A DNA stretch of 64,000 nucleotides from Arcobacteraceae bacterium (GCA_963662945.1 OY759974.1:256001-320000); one strand, 5' to 3'; positions 29,368-39,406 are shown, counted from the stretch's first letter. The notes: generated by a model from the letters alone, not told the origin. Translations and numbers: made by a program.

Positions 29368-29544
29368 TTATTGAAAGTCAATAGAATAGTTGATATTATC
29401 ATCACTATGTATCATATTTAAAGCTTTATCATATGCAATATTACAAGCTTCATCCCAATCATCAGCATCTACTTCAATTTCTTCAAAGGCATAAGGCATA
29501 TTTTTATCAAAATCTTCATCATACCAAACTATTTCTACTCTCAT
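29368..29544 (-). CDS. 58-aa highly acidic protein (not in ORF track)
   Basis: AAGGAG RBS; MRVEIVWYDEDFDKNMPYAFEEIEVDADDWDEACNIAYDKALNMIHSDDNINYSIDFQ. Confidence 0.7.
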   Translation of the reverse strand: MRVEIVWYDEDFDKNMPYAFEEIEVDADDWDEACNIAYDKALNMIHSDDNINYSIDFQ

Positions 29545-29584
29545 AATTTACTCCTTTTAGATATTTTTATAAATAAAATCCCTT

Positions 29585-29992
29585 TTAAAAAGGAACTTTA
29601 TCTGCACTTTTTTCTGCTTCTATTTGTTCATTAATAATTTGAGATAACATCTTTTCTTGAACATTATCTTCAACTAATTGTTGTCTGTTATATACTGTGT
29701 AATATCTTACTGTTTCATCTTTCTTAGTAAATAATTGAACTCCATATTGTTTATCATCTTTGAATGTTAAATCCATTTCATCCATATCTTTTTGAGTTAG
29801 CCAAGTATTATCTGAATAGTTTTCTTTTTTAGCTCTCAAATCTAATAATTTTAAATTTAAACCTTTATATTCATTACCTTTAATACTTGTATGTACTTCT
29901 ATGTTACTATTGTGATTAGATACACTTATAATTGCTCTTTTGTAAATATCATTGATATTAAAAGTCTTTGCTGTTTTAGTTGTTGTTGTCAT
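29585..29992 (-). CDS. ArdC N-terminal (ssDNA-binding)-like protein with SSB-like tail
   Basis: 'G..YKGLN...L......Y....WLT' and 'YYTVYNRQQ'; ends ADKVPF; no HExxH domain. Confidence 0.75.
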   Translation of the reverse strand: MTTTTKTAKTFNINDIYKRAIISVSNHNSNIEVHTSIKGNEYKGLNLKLLDLRAKKENYSDNTWLTQKDMDEMDLTFKDDKQYGVQLFTKKDETVRYYTVYNRQQLVEDNVQEKMLSQIINEQIEAEKSADKVPF

Positions 29993-30527
29993 TGTAATTT
30001 CCTTTTAAAAATGTTTTACCTTTTTTGAAGATTTTAAGAGGGTTTTGGATGATTTGTTTAAACTTTTAATTAAGTCAAAACATATCCCCTCTTTTTCTTA
30101 CTTCAAGGTTTTACCTCTTCAGTTAGTTTCAATCAGGCTTTGAAAATTAAATAGTCAATTTCATAACTTAGAATAAAATATAAATTAGAATAATTTTATT
30201 TATAGTATAAGTTTGTAAGGTGTAAGATTTGAATTGGAAAAGTTTGAAACTCACTTAGAGTTAAAATGTAGTAAGAATAAAAGAGATATATGTTTTCTTA
30301 ATGGTATGTAATAAAAAGTTTAAATTAATCACTGTTTATTGTGTTTGAATGTAATGAAAACTTATATTATTTGATCAAAGTTTAAATGCTAAGTATTTAT
30401 AATTTATGTTCTTGATAAAATACCTTGAAATTTTTTGTTTCTTTTACAAAAGAAATATTCATATTTAAAAAATATGAATAATGTTTTAATATATAAAAAA
30501 GGTAAATACCATTTATATATATTATTA
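29990..30527. promoter_or_regulatory. ~540-bp upstream repeat 2 with a long imperfect hairpin (30050-30331)
   Basis: Homolog of 27516-28066. Confidence 0.75.
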
Positions 30528-30712
30528 TTACTCTATGTAAATGAAAAACACAAAAGGTTACAAAAATGCTATGAAGCATTTTTTCCACCATTTGATAAAT
30601 TTGTTATGGAATAATGAATTGATAAGTGTTTTGAACTTTATCTTTATATTCTTTCAACTGTAAAGTTTTTTTCATAAGGATAATTAAAGAGCTTGAAAAG
30701 TTTCAATAACTT
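30494..30712 (-). repeat. Dispersed structured module, inverted variant B2
   Basis: Matches B1; its distal part is the reverse complement of the start of A2. Confidence 0.85.
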
Positions 30713-30824
30713 CTTTGAAAGTTCAATATTATTCTTTATAGTTTTGTCTTTTTCTCCTAATCTTTTTATATAACATAATATGTTGATCAAATCAACAAAT
30801 TTAAAAAATAAAAGGATAAAAGTT

Positions 30825-31583
30825 ATGGATATAACTCAAGAAAACAAAAATGATACACCAAGTTATCAACAAGGTGATAGTGTATATTCTCAAAATAAAA
30901 CTGTAGAGGATAATAAATCTGTATTAGATAATGTTGAAAACAAATCATCTAACAATGAAATTGAAAATACTTATTCAAGAGTTGGTCAAGGTCATCAAGA
31001 TTTAAGAGGTAGTGAATCTGCACTTGATCAGGCAACTGCTGAAATGTTTGATAGATGGGAATCTGAAAGAGAAGCAAAAGATAATCCTGTTGCTGAAAAA
31101 AAAGAAGATAATGAAGTTACTATGAATCAATCTGATAAAACTGAAGCAAAAGATATTGAAAATACAAATAATTCAATTTCAAATGAACAAAGATCAAATA
31201 CTTTTGAAGATATTACAACAAAAGATTTTAATAATGATATTTCAAATGAATTAGATAAATCTGCAAATAAAAATGATTTTGAAAACACTTCAAATGAACA
31301 AACTGAAACTTCTCAAAGATCAAATACTTTTGAAGATATTACAACAAAAGATTTTAATAATGATATTTCAGAAGAATTAGATAAATTTGCAAAAAGAGAA
31401 GATTGGGGTGAAGAGGTATCTGAAAAGATAGCTGATAGTATTGAAAAAGAATTTGAACAAAAATCAGATAATGAAGATAAATTTAGTGCTTTAAATGATG
31501 TTAAAGTTGCTGAAGAATCAATTGAAAAAATTGATAATGAAGCACAAAAAGAAAATAATTCAGAAATGGTTATGAGTAGATAA
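30825..31583 (+). CDS. Acidic low-complexity protein with internal repeat and relaxase-like C-tail
   Basis: ATG at 30825; 'QRSNTFEDITTKDFNNDIS.ELDK.A' occurs twice; ends EMVMSR. Confidence 0.7.
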   Translation: MDITQENKNDTPSYQQGDSVYSQNKTVEDNKSVLDNVENKSSNNEIENTYSRVGQGHQDLRGSESALDQATAEMFDRWESEREAKDNPVAEKKEDNEVTMNQSDKTEAKDIENTNNSISNEQRSNTFEDITTKDFNNDISNELDKSANKNDFENTSNEQTETSQRSNTFEDITTKDFNNDISEELDKFAKREDWGEEVSEKIADSIEKEFEQKSDNEDKFSALNDVKVAEESIEKIDNEAQKENNSEMVMSR

Positions 31584-31601
31584 ATATAAGGGATTTTACC
31601 C

Positions 31602-32186
31602 TTATATTACTTTTAGTAAATCTTTTTTCAATCCAAACATATCTTTATACATTTTCAAATAAATTTTATACATTTCATTATGTGGTTGATACATTTCAGT
31701 TAAAAATTTTCTATAAATATTTTCAATTTTATTGTATTCTAAATTATATTTATATTCTAATTCATCTTTAGTTAATGAATGAATATCAAATAAAAGACTT
31801 TTCTTATTTTCTCTTGCTATTAACTTAACATATGGTTTGCAACCTGTTAAAGCAATTCTCAATGATATTTTTTTTGTTCTAATTTTATATTGTTTAAAAT
31901 TCTCAACAAATTCATTTAATAAAGGTAATCCTTTTATATTAAATAAGTTTTTAAAAAAATTGTTTTGAGCTATAAAATCAATCTTAAAATTATACAACAT
32001 TGATACAAATAAGTTTTCAAGATTTTTCATTTGATCATAATCACCTGAAAAAACAAAAGATCTATCTTTTCTAAATTTCCAATCATTATGATCTTCATAA
32101 ATTGTTTGATATAAATTTGTTGTTAGTCCAATTTTAAATGATGAACTATCACTTTTTATTAATACATATACAAATGTGTTTTTCAT
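31602..32186 (-). CDS. GIY-YIG/T5orf172-like protein (degenerate)
   Basis: N-terminus 'FVYVL......FKIGLT'. Confidence 0.5.
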   Translation of the reverse strand: MKNTFVYVLIKSDSSSFKIGLTTNLYQTIYEDHNDWKFRKDRSFVFSGDYDQMKNLENLFVSMLYNFKIDFIAQNNFFKNLFNIKGLPLLNEFVENFKQYKIRTKKISLRIALTGCKPYVKLIARENKKSLLFDIHSLTKDELEYKYNLEYNKIENIYRKFLTEMYQPHNEMYKIYLKMYKDMFGLKKDLLKVI

Positions 32187-32223
32187 ATTTTTTCCTTTTA
32201 GGAATTAGATGTAAGAAATAATC

Positions 32224-34122
32224 TTACAATCCTAATTCATCTAATTTTGATTTTGGCTGCTCAACTGGTGGAATTTTATTTGAAGTTTTTTCTTCAATTT
32301 TTTCTTGTTGATCATTATTTTGTTCAACAACTTGTCCACCACCATTTGAAGTTGGTTTTGTATCTTCAGATTTTTTATTTTGATTTTTAATTAGATTTGA
32401 AATATCTAAATCATTTCTTGGAATAAATCCTTTTGCAATTTGAGGATAATTATCTTCATCAGTAAATTTCTTTTCAATTAAAGCCCAATCATAAGAACCA
32501 TTTAGATAATAATATGTATTCTTTTTTAATTGTCCTAATTCAGAAGGTAGAATTGCTTTTTCAACTTTTTCACTTGTTGTATAACTTGATCCTTCTCTTG
32601 ATGCTTGATTTTCTGCACCTGTTGAAGTTGTCATTGAAGTTGATTGAACTTTTCCATCACCAATGATGTTTGCACAAAATTCTCTTGTATCAGGATCACC
32701 CAATTTAAAAATCAATTTACTTGAACAAGAACCTACAATTGCAAGTGCTAATTCTTTTCCATATATACTTGTCATTTTTCCAAAATCTTGAATACCTAAC
32801 CAAAATGCACCACCTAAACTTCTTGCTAAAAGAACACCTTGAATAATTGAAGGAATCTTTTTTAACATTCCTAATTCATCTAAAATAAAATAAACTCTTC
32901 TTGTATCACTATCTGAAAAAGATAATAATGTTTTAATTATTGAATCAACAAATACTGCAATTCTTGTTGAGTTTAATTCATCATTCTTAACATCATTTAC
33001 TAAGAAGATTGTTGAGTGTCCATCTTCACATTGTAACCATTCTTCTAAATCTAATTCTTCCCCATCATTAGAATCAGGTAATGATGTAAAGAACCCAACT
33101 TTTGATCTAAAATTACTCATAAAGATACCTGCTTGACTTTCAGAAGATGTTAAATGTCCATAAGCAATTTCTGCCCCTTGAACACCTTCAAGTTTATTAG
33201 CAAGTTGAGATGGACTTAATTTGATAAGTTGTTTAACTACTATATTTGTTTTCTTATCATTTACAATACAATATATTAAAATACCTTTTAATATATCCCT
33301 TGCTGTATCAGTCCATATTGTATCTTTTTCATCAGGGTTTCTTGTAATAATTGATGCAATCATTGAATCAATATCATCAATTAATTTGATCATAGAAAAT
33401 ATATTAAAATTCAAACTTCTTGAATCTGAAAAGTTAAATATATAATCTGTTTCAGGATTATAAAATCTTTCAATCCAATCAAATTTTACTGTGTGAACTA
33501 AATATCTTCCATAAGATCTTTTTTTTCTTAATTCTCTATAAAATTGATTAAGTGCAACTGTTTTTCCTGAACCTGCTGATCCAAATAATATTGCATGAGA
33601 AGTTTCAGTTTCCTGATCAACTTTAATATTATTTGTAATAGTAACACCTTCAATTTTATCTTTCTTTTGAAGTTCTTCAAGTTGTTTTTCTGTTAGAGTT
33701 TTTGATCCTTTAAGATGTTGATCTTCTAAAACTTTATTTGCAAATTTATTAGCAATTATTTTTTTAAGATAAATTGTTGTTGCAAATATTACAAAAAACA
33801 ATGAAAGAAATATTGTTAAAAGAAGATCAATATTATCCATAATTTTTGGTAAGAAATGTTCATATGCTCCTCTTGTTGAAACTAATTCACCTCTTAACAT
33901 CATATTATCTTGAAATGTAAATGTTGATTTTAAAACTGCTTCAAAATATAAAAGATTGATCTTCTCTGTTGGAAAAAAAGCACCAACAATATATAAAACT
34001 AATATTGCTCCAACTATTCCTGCAATTGCAGGATATAGTAAATGTTTTTGCCCTCTTGATATTGAATTATCAACAACATCAAATTGAGCAACTGTACTAA
34101 ATTTTTTTTGATTTTTTATCAT
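32224..34122 (-). CDS. Type IV coupling protein (TrwB/TraD family)
   Basis: Two N-terminal TMs, Walker A GSAGSGKT, Walker B FILDELG and 'RSLGG...LGIQD'. Confidence 0.93.
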   Translation of the reverse strand: MIKNQKKFSTVAQFDVVDNSISRGQKHLLYPAIAGIVGAILVLYIVGAFFPTEKINLLYFEAVLKSTFTFQDNMMLRGELVSTRGAYEHFLPKIMDNIDLLLTIFLSLFFVIFATTIYLKKIIANKFANKVLEDQHLKGSKTLTEKQLEELQKKDKIEGVTITNNIKVDQETETSHAILFGSAGSGKTVALNQFYRELRKKRSYGRYLVHTVKFDWIERFYNPETDYIFNFSDSRSLNFNIFSMIKLIDDIDSMIASIITRNPDEKDTIWTDTARDILKGILIYCIVNDKKTNIVVKQLIKLSPSQLANKLEGVQGAEIAYGHLTSSESQAGIFMSNFRSKVGFFTSLPDSNDGEELDLEEWLQCEDGHSTIFLVNDVKNDELNSTRIAVFVDSIIKTLLSFSDSDTRRVYFILDELGMLKKIPSIIQGVLLARSLGGAFWLGIQDFGKMTSIYGKELALAIVGSCSSKLIFKLGDPDTREFCANIIGDGKVQSTSMTTSTGAENQASREGSSYTTSEKVEKAILPSELGQLKKNTYYYLNGSYDWALIEKKFTDEDNYPQIAKGFIPRNDLDISNLIKNQNKKSEDTKPTSNGGGQVVEQNNDQQEKIEEKTSNKIPPVEQPKSKLDELGL

Positions 34123-34133
34123 AATTTTTTCCT

Positions 34134-34667
34134 TTAAAATCTGTAAGTTTCAACAATACCTTCTAATAAATCTTCAAATGGTAATGTGTGTTTCTCTGAA
34201 GAATTTGTTATTGGTAATTTTGCTACTGATATTTCATTTTGATTGATGTTTGTTATTGCAAGTAAATTGTTTTTAGCTGTAATAATTACATCACCTTTTT
34301 TATAAGAAGAAACATTTTGTTTTTCTTGATCTGTTAATTTTAATTCATACATTTTTTGAAATAAAAAAACTTCTGCATCATTTAATCTTTTAGTATCAAG
34401 ACTATTTATTAAATTTCTCATTGATGTTTCAAAAATATCTCCCATAGTATTTTTAATATCATTTATAGATTTTTTATTTTCATAACTTAACTTTTGAATT
34501 TCCTGTTCAAAATTAATATTGCTTGTATTTTGATTGTTATTTGGATTTAAGATTTGATTTTTAATCAAATGTTTCTTATCAATACCTGTTTCTTTTTCTA
34601 TCTGATCAAATAGATCTGCTTCTTCTATTGATAATCTGATTGATACTACTTTTGTATTAGCACTCAT
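34134..34667 (-). CDS. RHH relaxosome accessory protein (TrwA/MobC-like position)
   Basis: N-terminal 'TKVVSIRLSIEE'; immediately upstream of the T4CP. Confidence 0.6.
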   Translation of the reverse strand: MSANTKVVSIRLSIEEADLFDQIEKETGIDKKHLIKNQILNPNNNQNTSNINFEQEIQKLSYENKKSINDIKNTMGDIFETSMRNLINSLDTKRLNDAEVFLFQKMYELKLTDQEKQNVSSYKKGDVIITAKNNLLAITNINQNEISVAKLPITNSSEKHTLPFEDLLEGIVETYRF

Positions 34668-34739
34668 AATAATTTTTTCCTTTAAAATTTAATTTGTTGA
34701 AATAATTCAACTTACTTTGTTATATGAAAAATTAAAATT

Positions 34740-35420
34740 ATTTTTACTTTTTGTGTTTTTTAATAAAATTTTGTTGTAAACATTGATTTAATCCACAAAT
34801 AGGAAGCTAATAAGGGGTAAAAAAGTGAAATGTTTACACTTTTATAGTGTAAACACTAAAATCATCAAATATAGGAATTATGGGGTTTTTAGAGAATTTT
34901 GATAATCATCAAAATATAGCTAATTATTAGGAATTAGTGGCTTTACTTGTGTAAACAAGGTACAAACCCCCTGTTGGGAGTCTTGTACCTTCTCTAAATT
35001 AGAAAATCATTTATGATTTTCAGCATCTTGAAAAGATGCCATATATTCTCAAAATGAGAATGACAAACTCTCAACATATTCTCAAAATAAGAATGTTTAA
35101 CCTATCTAATTCCTATAAAACAAATAAAAAAAAGATTTATAAATCTGATTAAAACTTTTTTATTACAAAATATATTCATTGAAAGTGTTTTAAAATTTAA
35201 TCATAAGAGAGACAAGCCAATAGTGAAAAACTTTTTAAAAAAAACTTTTGAATAATTGGAAATATTTTATTATTAAACTCAATACTTTCAATTAATATCA
35301 TTTTCATAATATATTTGAAATTCAAATATGTAATATTTAGAATGAATATAGTTTTGGTTAGTTTAAATAGTTGATTAGTTTGTTTGAATAAGGGGTTCAT
35401 CCCCTGAAAAGAAACCTTTT
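34740..35420. promoter_or_regulatory. Putative oriT / single-strand origin region
   Basis: ORF-free region upstream of RHH-T4CP with 4 TGTAAAC boxes and a cluster of inverted repeats at 34928-35115. Confidence 0.5.
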
Positions 35421-35524
35421 GGTTCTGATCAAAAAAGATTTTGAAAAGATAAGAAAATTTCTAAAAGAAATTTAATTAGCTTTGGTTTGTAGCTATGCTT
35501 TATCTAATTATTATTTTATCTTTT

Positions 35525-36235
35525 CTAAATTTGCATCATTGCTTTGAATGTATTATTTGATATTTGTGAATATTTATTTTCAGCATTATCACTTTTTAAA
35601 TATGATAAAAATTTATCAAGTGGTATTGTTGTTAATTTATTTGAATTTTTACTTTTCAAATGAACTTGAATAATATTTTTACTTTCAGTAATTATAAATA
35701 ATGGAATATCTGTAGGTTTAGTTTTTACTATTTTTCTTAATGAATATTTTGTTGTTTTCTTTAATCCATAAATAAAACTAACTGGTTTCACTTGAATACC
35801 AATTTTTATATCTCCATCAATTAAAAAATCTATACCTTTTTGACAATCTTCATCAGGATTTGAATGTGATATTGTATATCCTGTTGGTAAATGAAAATTT
35901 AATTCATCAAATACTTTCTGTTCTCTTTTAATCCCTATGAATGATTTGTTAATGAATGTTTCTGTTACATATTCTTTTAATGTGTTGTAATTGATACTCT
36001 TTTCAAATTGTTGCCATTTATTTGTTCTTTCTTCAATAAATGATGATAAGTCTTTTTTGATTTTTTTCATTAAATATTTATTATAAAACTCAATAAATAT
36101 TTCTTTTGTAATTTGATTTAGATTATATTCTTTTAATATTTCTTGAGCAACTTCCATTACATAAAATCCACAATCTATTGGTGAATTGATTTTATATTTG
36201 TTAAATGATTGGTTTATTTGATATGAACTTGTCAT
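35525..36235 (-). CDS. MjaI-like PD-(D/E)XK restriction endonuclease
   Basis: 'SFIGIKREQKV', 'DED..KGIDFLI' and 'IGIQVKP.SF' resemble the RE_MjaI family. Confidence 0.6.
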   Translation of the reverse strand: MTSSYQINQSFNKYKINSPIDCGFYVMEVAQEILKEYNLNQITKEIFIEFYNKYLMKKIKKDLSSFIEERTNKWQQFEKSINYNTLKEYVTETFINKSFIGIKREQKVFDELNFHLPTGYTISHSNPDEDCQKGIDFLIDGDIKIGIQVKPVSFIYGLKKTTKYSLRKIVKTKPTDIPLFIITESKNIIQVHLKSKNSNKLTTIPLDKFLSYLKSDNAENKYSQISNNTFKAMMQI

Positions 36236-36380
36236 AATCTTGTTTCCTTGTGTTTTAAAATTTGTTATACACTGTTATAAGACAAACTTTTCAGAAAAAA
36301 TATTTTTAATACTTTTTATTAAATGATTTTGATTAGGAAAAATTAGGCATAAAAAAACCTCTCAAAAGAGAGGTTATGAA

Positions 36381-36797
36381 TTAACAAAAATATTTATTAT
36401 AGATTAGATGAATTAAAATATTTTTTATATTTTCATCAATATGATTAGATAGATCAATATCTTCATTGAAAAAAGATTCAAGAGTTTCTAAAAGAAGTTC
36501 TCTTTCTTCTTGATCATTTGTAAGATCACCAAGTAATGTTTCAATATTAAATTGTATATTGAATGAAAAATGTTTACCTATTACTGTAATAGAATCATCT
36601 TGTTGAATAAAACTTGCTCTATCATAATCTTCAATGATAGTATTAATTAAATGATCAAATGTTAATCCATCTTCATTTACATTAATTAGTTCTTCATAAG
36701 TTAATCCTGTATTTATTAGATCAATTAATTGTTCTTTAGAAAAACCAATACCAATTAAAAAACTGAATTGTTCTTTTGTTAAAATATTATTCTTCAA
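36381..36797 (-). CDS. Acidic hypothetical protein
   Basis: Likely TTG start at 36797 after AAAGGA. Confidence 0.55.
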   Translation of the reverse strand: MKNNILTKEQFSFLIGIGFSKEQLIDLINTGLTYEELINVNEDGLTFDHLINTIIEDYDRASFIQQDDSITVIGKHFSFNIQFNIETLLGDLTNDQEERELLLETLESFFNEDIDLSNHIDENIKNILIHLIYNKYFC

Positions 36798-36943
36798 TTT
36801 TTTTATCCTTTTATTTGATTTGATCAAATTAATGACCATTATTGGTTATAGGTAGGTAAATACTAAAAAAAGAAGAATAAAAAAATCCCCACTTAATTAA
36901 AAGTGAGGATAACTTGTTATTTGTTTTATCAAAATGCTATATT

Positions 36944-37102
36944 CTAATCTATCAAATCATAGAGATCATATTTATTTAATAATATGAATTGATCTTCACC
37001 ACTTTCTAAATTCTCTAATGCAAAATTTCTTAAAATTGGATCATTTACATTAAATACTAATTTTGTTAATTCCCATATTTCTTTTTCTAAATTTTCTTTC
37101 AT
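36944..37102 (-). CDS. 52-aa small protein (not in ORF track)
   Basis: TATAAC at 37147, AAAGGAAACAAAATTATG start context, family-2 terminator downstream. Confidence 0.6.
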   Translation of the reverse strand: MKENLEKEIWELTKLVFNVNDPILRNFALENLESGEDQFILLNKYDLYDLID

Positions 37103-37169
37103 AATTTTGTTTCCTTTAAATTTAATTTGATCATTTGATCTACAATGTTATATAAATAAATATTTATAA

Positions 37170-37529
37170 TTATGCAACTTCTAATTCTAATTCATCAATT
37201 AGATTATCTAATGTAGTTGGTGCATATTTAATTTGATCCATTGGATGAATTTCAAGTTGAACATTTTGTTTTTCTTTCATTCTTTTTTCTTCAATTAAAT
37301 CCATTTCTGCAATTAATGCTTCTTCTAATGAATTGAAACCCCAAAACTCAAATGTATATTCAGGTGATCCAAAACTTCTTCCATAACCTGCTAATTTGAT
37401 ATATGTTGCTTCTTTTGATCCTTCAATAATTTTATATAAAATTGAAATATTTTCTTTAATTAATTGATTGTTAGTTGCTAAAACTATTCTGTCTTGTGAA
37501 TTTGTAAATGTGTTTATTTTTGTTTTCAT
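37170..37529 (-). CDS. Hypothetical protein
   Basis: 119 aa; its RBS context is shared with the genes starting at 24145 and 36235. Confidence 0.6.
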   Translation of the reverse strand: MKTKINTFTNSQDRIVLATNNQLIKENISILYKIIEGSKEATYIKLAGYGRSFGSPEYTFEFWGFNSLEEALIAEMDLIEEKRMKEKQNVQLEIHPMDQIKYAPTTLDNLIDELELEVA

Positions 37530-37684
37530 AATCTTGTTTCCTTGTGTTTTTAAAATTTTTAATATTGAGTTAATCCTTATTAACTTCTTACTTATAATAT
37601 ATAATTTTTTATATTATTTTTCAAGTATTTAATAGAAAATATTAAAGAATTTTGAAATTTCTTTTAGGGAAAAAATATGAGTGA

Positions 37685-39406
37685 TTAGAAGTTAGTTTGA
37701 GTGAAATATTTTTGATCAGGAATAAAAGGGATTATATCATTTTCATTAAATTGATAATCTAAATCAAATATGTTTAAATCTTTTTTGAGTTTAAACTTTG
37801 GATATATATTATTTTCATATCTATAAACATTAAATAGTTCAACACCATTTTTTGATCTTGTAATAATTCTTCTTGGGGTTGATGTATCAATATCAATATC
37901 TTGTAAATGATAATAGAAAAATTCTATCTGATCAAGTTTTAATAATTTCTTTTCTAATATAGTATCATCATTATAATACTCTTGAAATAATTTATCTTCT
38001 AAATATTTCATAAATACTTCTATATCTTGTTCTTTTGATTTCATATATTCATATGATGCTTCTTTATCCATATTAAAAATTGATAATAAGATATATTTGT
38101 TATTGATTATATATTTATCTAAATATTTAATCTCTAAAACTTTTTCACTTCTTTTATGAGGATTATCAACATATTCATCATATTTACTTCTATTTTTTTT
38201 ATTATCAATTTTATTTTTATAAAAATGTTTAATTGCTATTGACATACTTTTATAATTATGATGTTTTTTAAATTTGATAATTTCAAAATAATTAGTAAAA
38301 ATATCTATAAGAGGAAAAAGAAAAAACATACTTCTTTCTAATTTTGTAGTAATAACTTTTAATTGATGATATGTTGATAATTTATCAGCAATATTTGTAA
38401 GAGCATCTTTTAATTCTTCAATTGTTTCTTTTGAATGATATGTTTGAAGTAAATATTCAGGATCATTCATTTTTTCTTGATATTCAGATTTCTCTTTTAA
38501 TTTTATATTTTGTTCTTCTAATGAAAGTGGATTACCAAAATCATCAAGGAAATAATATTCAGGTGATTTTTTTTCTGAATCAAAATGATAATATTTATTA
38601 CCATTATCACTTTCAATATAATCTGTTTCATAATCAATTGAATAAAGATTTTCTAAATTAGTATAAAGTTGTCTATATGGAGCATAATATTTTCTTTGCC
38701 ATTTTTTTAAATGATCATTAGTAAAAATATTTATTTCTTTAATATCTGAAATAATCATATCAAGTTCATTTGATGCAATACTAATATTTTTAATATGTTG
38801 ATTGTTAATTTTAGTTCTTTGAAAATTTGAAGTAAATTCTTTATATTTTTCAATTCTATTTTCTATAATATTTAATTTATTGAGAATCATTGTATATATT
38901 TTTTTTGCATTAAACTCACTATTAATTATATTTGTTATTTCATTAATACAATAAGTTTTAGAATTTGAAAAAAAAGTATTATGATTTTCTTTATCATATT
39001 TTTTAATTAATTCTTTTAGTAGTGGAATATATGATGCTTTGATATTTGATAAGGTATTTATTTGATCACATATAAATTGTGTATTTTTTTTATTTTTAAA
39101 AGCAATAGAACTAATATATAGAATAATACTATTATTTGAAATTACATAATTATTATATTTATCTTCAATATTTTCTTTCATTTCAATACAATGATTTCCA
39201 TTATCTTTATTCAAATATAGAATTATATATTCAAATGTTTTATTTCTATAAAGGATATATTTTTGATCAGATTTAGAAACTTCTTTAAGGTTTTTGATCT
39301 CTTGTATTTTCTCAATATGATTTATCATTGTATTTATTACATCTGAAAAGTTTTTCAATGATGTTAATTCTTGTTTTGTCTTAATATAAGGTGTTCTTTT
39401 AGCCAT
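37685..39406 (-). CDS. Large hypothetical protein
   Basis: 573-aa open frame with no recognised motif. Confidence 0.65.
   Translation of the reverse strand: MAKRTPYIKTKQELTSLKNFSDVINTMINHIEKIQEIKNLKEVSKSDQKYILYRNKTFEYIILYLNKDNGNHCIEMKENIEDKYNNYVISNNSIILYISSIAFKNKKNTQFICDQINTLSNIKASYIPLLKELIKKYDKENHNTFFSNSKTYCINEITNIINSEFNAKKIYTMILNKLNIIENRIEKYKEFTSNFQRTKINNQHIKNISIASNELDMIISDIKEINIFTNDHLKKWQRKYYAPYRQLYTNLENLYSIDYETDYIESDNGNKYYHFDSEKKSPEYYFLDDFGNPLSLEEQNIKLKEKSEYQEKMNDPEYLLQTYHSKETIEELKDALTNIADKLSTYHQLKVITTKLERSMFFLFPLIDIFTNYFEIIKFKKHHNYKSMSIAIKHFYKNKIDNKKNRSKYDEYVDNPHKRSEKVLEIKYLDKYIINNKYILLSIFNMDKEASYEYMKSKEQDIEVFMKYLEDKLFQEYYNDDTILEKKLLKLDQIEFFYYHLQDIDIDTSTPRRIITRSKNGVELFNVYRYENNIYPKFKLKKDLNIFDLDYQFNENDIIPFIPDQKYFTQTNF

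Noticed and set aside
35197-35400. 67-aa ORF
   Set aside because: No RBS or cassette promoter, low-complexity AT-rich sequence, and it lies in the putative oriT region.
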